Source: Octopus sinensis (Eukaryota). From it: 24,914 bases of DNA. The notes beneath the pieces are model-generated. The model saw only the letters and a program-made list of their open reading frames with translations. It did no database searches and was not told where the DNA came from. The stretch is from the NCBI RefSeq assembly GCF_006345805.1, contig NW_021836253.1, positions 1 to 24,914 on the forward strand, read 5' to 3'. A program made the translations under genes and the position numbers. Positions 20,291-24,914 of the stretch are shown piece after piece (within the stretch, counting starts at the first letter, position 1; each line of letters opens with the position of its first letter).

Positions 20291-20971
20291 AACAAGACGG
20301 GTAAGGGTGATCAGGTGATGGTCTAGGGCTTAGGAGCGGGAGACCCCAGACTTTGAAAAAAAAAAACTTTGGTCGTCTTGTTGTAGTCGAGGGCTCTTCG
20401 TTGACGCCCGACACCACTGGGAGGTGGCTCTCGAAGTCGCTGGAAATGGAGATCTCCAGGTCCAAGTTCTTGAACGGCTGCTGTTGCAGCTGTTGCTATT
20501 GATGTTGTTAAACCTAAGCTCTGTTCTGATCCAGCAAATCTATGATCGAAGTTATTCTGATCTGATTTTCATTCAAACTGCAGCATCCAATGTATTCCTC
20601 AATTTTTTTTTTCACAAGGATTGGATTGTGTTTTGAGTGAGGCTTCTTTACCAATTCTGTGGACGTGCGACAGCAACGAGGCACCATGGCTAGCACAAAT
20701 ATACCCGGTGTTTCAAAATGGCGAGACGTGAGTTGATATTACGGAAACGTCTCACCAGGAAAAAAAATTCTAATTATTGAACCATGTTGAGAACAGTCGT
20801 TTAGCACCGGTCACTGAATTATGTAGAATGTATATAATTCAGTATAGATATATGTAAAGAGTGTATACATATATATATATATAGATATAATAATATATAT
20901 AATATATACTATGATGTATAACTCGCTTCATGCGTCTTGTATACATGTTTCTTTCGACTCATTTCAATTCC

Positions 20972-21003
<32 letters not shown>

Positions 21004-21022
21004 TGTATGTATGTATGTATGT
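20972..21022. repeat. (TATG)n microsatellite
   Basis: Directly visible. Confidence 0.95.
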
Positions 21023-21981
21023 ACATGCGTGTGTATAATCTTTTATACTTTATCACAGAAAGTAAAACAAGAGACCATTTTGGCGTATTACTTTCACCTG
21101 CCATTTTCTGATATTCTTCGATAACTGAAAAACTTTTAGTGAACTTTACATTTTACTTATCTCTTCTTCCATCTTTTTTTTTTTCTAGACCAAACACGAA
21201 AGTCCAAAACATTGAAATCATCCCTGCTTATTCCCTAAAGTGTAACATTAATTACCTCTTATTGCTGTATATTTTTCTGTGTTACTTTATTCCTGAATTT
21301 TTTCTATAGATATATTACTGTTTTGAAGCAGACTCTCAGCTCTGTATTTCAATGGAGTAAACTTAAGTTGCAAGCACAAACAATAGTTTACACATAAACT
21401 ATAGTGTATATATAGATTATAGTCCATGGACACATGTACCATACATAAATATATACGTATTTTGTATAGATATAGATATCTGGATCAGATTCTAACGTGT
21501 GGTTATGTTGCTTGCTTCACGATTACCTTGTTCCAAGATTAATTCCACTGCAAATTGGGCGAATGGTTTCTCTCTTTAACCTGTAGCCAACTATGACTTT
21601 CTTGATAAACAATTACATCGAATCTCTCCAAATTAACTTGGGTCAGCAAATGGTGGTGTGTGTTGCAAGGTAGATATGAAATTAAGAGTTTGCCACACTC
21701 TGTCTGTGTCACTGTGTAATATGTTTCATTTTATACGATGATACATAACTGTCACAGTCCACCAAGTTGCAAATAGAACCTTGTTCAATTATGCTAGTAG
21801 CACATAGGAAAAATTGTTAAACTGCAAAAGAAAGCAATATGGAACGATTTATACATGTTGATATTTTGATCTTCAAGTTCCACAGCTCTATACATGTTAT
21901 GTGTCATATATATATACATGTGTGGTGTGTGTGTGTGTGGTTGTATCAGTACATATACGTCCGCATACATACATAATATAT

Positions 21982-22038
<57 letters not shown>

Positions 22039-22040
<2 letters not shown>

Positions 22041-22170
22041 CTCTTTATTCCTTTCTGTTGAAGAGCGTAGGCTCGAAACGTAAAAGAATTCCTCACTTCC
22101 TGAGCGTCAAACTAACACACCTGCTTGTTGTTCATCCACTGTCTTCGTCTTTGTGTTTCAATAAATTTGA
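22039..22170 (+). mobile_element. Short Penelope-like-element-derived fragment flanked by (TA)n
   Basis: About 130 nt of complex sequence between two (TA)n tracts, carrying the CTGxTGAAG...CGAAACGT hammerhead motif characteristic of Penelope-like LTRs. No coding part is present. Confidence 0.5.
22051..22086 (+). ncRNA. Minimal type I hammerhead ribozyme fold (core variant, probably impaired)
   Basis: Helix I CUUU(22051-54)/AAAG(22083-86); core CUG-U-UGA (22055-61); one extra A; helix II GAGC-GUAG-GCUC (22063-74); GAA (22075-77); palindromic helix III ACGU (22078-81); cleavage-site A at 22082. It departs from canonical CUGANGA by A6->U. Confidence 0.6.
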
Positions 22171-22243
22171 CAATATATAATTATATATATATATATATAT
22201 ACAAGTAGTTTGTGAGTGTATTCATACATACATACATACATAC

Positions 22244-22300
<57 letters not shown>

Positions 22301-22852
22301 ATATATTATATATATATATATACATATATATACATATATGCATATATACATACATTGTAACTTTAAAAAGCGCGACAATTTACCAAAAGGTTTTGGGCGC
22401 AGCAGAATGTTCCATCCACCTTACTGCTATGTGTTCGACGTTGTTTTACACCATCATAGTTCCAAACTGATAGGTGTATCGAATCCACATCACTATGTTA
22501 TAAAAGTAGCGCAGAAAACATAATCGTATTTTAACGTATCGTATTGTATAATAGGGCCTTCCGGCGTACGTAATACCAGCTCTCGGCTTATTGAAACACG
22601 TATTTGTTATCATTGTATATAGCAGAGAAATACCGGTTACGGATTTTTGAGTTATCGTTCCCATATGTGTGTGTATGTGTGTATGTGTGTGTGCGTGTGT
22701 GTATGTACATGCATATGTGCGTGTATATATATATATATTATATTATATTATATTATATTAGAAGAAACGGGACAACAAAAACCATGGCAGGACGAGTATG
22801 TCAAGTCCTTTAGAATATTTGATTAAGGTAAGGTGAATTTGAAGTCTTAAAC

Positions 22853-23230
22853 GGAGGCGTGGCTCTATGGTGAGTAGTTTTCTTTCCAACCACATGGTCC
22901 CGGGTTCAGTCCCACTGCGTGGCATCTTAGACAAGTGTCTTCAACTATAGCCTCGCACCGACAAAAACCTTGTGTAGATTTGGTAGACTGAAAGAAGCTC
23001 GTCGTGTATATGTATATATTTGTGTGTGTATTTGTTCACCCACACCAGCATCGCTTGACAACCGATCCTGATGTGTTTACGTCCCCGTAACTAAGCAGTG
23101 CAACAAAGAGACTGATAGAATAAATACTAAGCTTACAAATAATAAGTCCTGGGGTCGACGTGTTCGACTAAAGGCGTTGCTCCAGGATGGCCGTAGTCAA
23201 ATCACTGAAACAAGTAAAAGAGTAAACGAA
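22853..23230 (+). mobile_element. SINE family B, full-length diverged copy
   Basis: Collinear with 19354-19750 from head to the GTCAAATCACTGAAACAAGTAAAAGAG tail. Confidence 0.9.
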
Positions 23231-24259
23231 TATATGTAGTTTATACATTGACTTTGGAGGTCAGAGTATATATACTACAGCTGGGGCCACCCGTAAGTAG
23301 CGCAGATTGTTTAGCTGGTTCTTGCATCAATGAAATTTAATGTCACAAAATCGGAAAACCTTCATTCCTAACAGAATAAGTGTATTCGTCTATTTAGATC
23401 GTATGTCTGCTATATGCATATGTACTGTTTTATGGGTGCGTGGCTGTCTCCGGTGGTTGCGATAATATCGTGTAACATACTGTCGAATGTGAAAGTCGAT
23501 CCCATTAAATCAGTTTGGTTTTGCCAAGCCTCAGAGCAGACCTGATCGAGAAAACTTTCATCCAGAAAACTTTCACATCTTACTTTTAAACCTAGTGTAT
23601 CTAGGGCTATATTAACCAGTGTTCCATTCCATCTTTTATTCTGAGCATCTGATGCTCGCTCTTCGCGGTTAACAATTTGAAAATCTCTTAGACTTTCAGG
23701 ATCGAATCATAAGTGACATTTCATGAGAAAACAATTTGAGAATATTGAAAACAGATAAACACACTAAAACAAGTGGAAACTCCAGTCAGAAATAAAACCT
23801 TTATTTCAAATATGGGAACACCAAGAACGTCCCTGTTTTTTTTTTTTTTTTTTTCATTATTATTATTTTTCAACATAAAAAGGAAATGGGATTTCGGAAT
23901 CATGACAAAAAAGGTAACGTCCAATAATAGCAGTTAAAATATTCTAGTAATAAACAAAATACACGGATACCTTTGCAGCAAAAATGAAAGCCACAATCGA
24001 TAAATTGATCTTCAAGCAATTTTGAAGCAATTAGAAGTAAAACCAGTGAATAAGGAACCAGGAGTTCGAACCTGACTCATTTTTTTTTACTGGTACTGAT
24101 AACATAGAGGTGCAAAAAGAAAGGGAGACCTTTAGTTTTTTAATTTTTTTCGTTATTTTTTTTTATTATTTTAATATTTTGGTGTGGTGTTGGATTGTGG
24201 CTAAACAATTCCTTCAGATAAAATAGTGCAAAGATTATGGTAAATATCATCAATTATTT

Positions 24260-24539
24260 CATATACATATATGTGTGATTAATATATATATATAATATAT
24301 ATGTATATATTATATATATTATATATCTATATATATATACACACATATATATATTATATATATATATATATGTATATATTATGTATATATGTATACAATA
24401 ATATAGTATATGTATTATACATATGCATATAGTAATAATATGTATGTATACATATATATGTATATATATATATATATATTAGATATATATATATATATTA
24501 TATGTATATATATATATATACATATTACATACGTAATAA

Positions 24540-24571
<32 letters not shown>

Positions 24572-24597
24572 ATATATATATATATATAATATATATG

Positions 24598-24632
<35 letters not shown>

Positions 24633-24636
24633 GTAT
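24260..24636. repeat. Long degenerate (TA)n microsatellite
   Basis: Directly visible. Confidence 0.95.
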
Positions 24637-24914
24637 AGTTGGGGTTACTTACATTTTACATACACAGAAGGACAAAGTAAGCTGATCACATGAGAGAAGT
24701 CCAATAAAGAAACATGTTAGAGGAAGTATTCTAGCAAAAGATCAGAGAATGGAGTGGAGTGGCGGTCAGAAAAAAAAACAAAAAGAAACGTGAGATAGGA
24801 TGGTGTCTAGACATTCGATTCATTGAACGGTGATGAATCAATAACTTAAATTTTGTATGTCTAATTAATGTATTAATTGGATGTATGGAGGTTAGTAAAC
24901 ATACTCGCTTTTAT

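Noticed and set aside
21310-21356. Exon candidate IYYCFEADSQLCISME resembling kinase subdomains IV-V
   Set aside because: The upstream HPCL-like segment has an in-frame stop, no in-phase YxxxGxL exon follows, and no other kinase motifs occur in the window.

Overview
This window is AT-rich eukaryotic DNA. Its style points to an Octopus genome (inference from the very dense (TACA)n, (GATA)n, (TA)n and triplet microsatellites and the three tRNA-derived SINE families). I found no intact protein-coding gene, and almost every long ORF in the track is a microsatellite read-through. What can be supported: (i) decayed non-LTR retrotransposon ends, namely three R4/Dong-like restriction-endonuclease (RLE) LINE pieces stacked in one (TAA)n tract, another RLE piece at the left edge, and two CR1/L2-group 3' ends; (ii) many copies or fragments of three tRNA-derived SINE families, labelled A, B and C here; (iii) a minimal hammerhead-ribozyme fold of the Penelope-like type in a short element between (TA)n tracts; (iv) a near-perfect 29-bp hairpin, a template-switch palindrome inside a SINE, and an inverted SINE pair. 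Several small exon candidates exist on both strands. Their number is close to what chance would give, so they are reported at low confidence. Repeat boundaries are read by eye and approximate.
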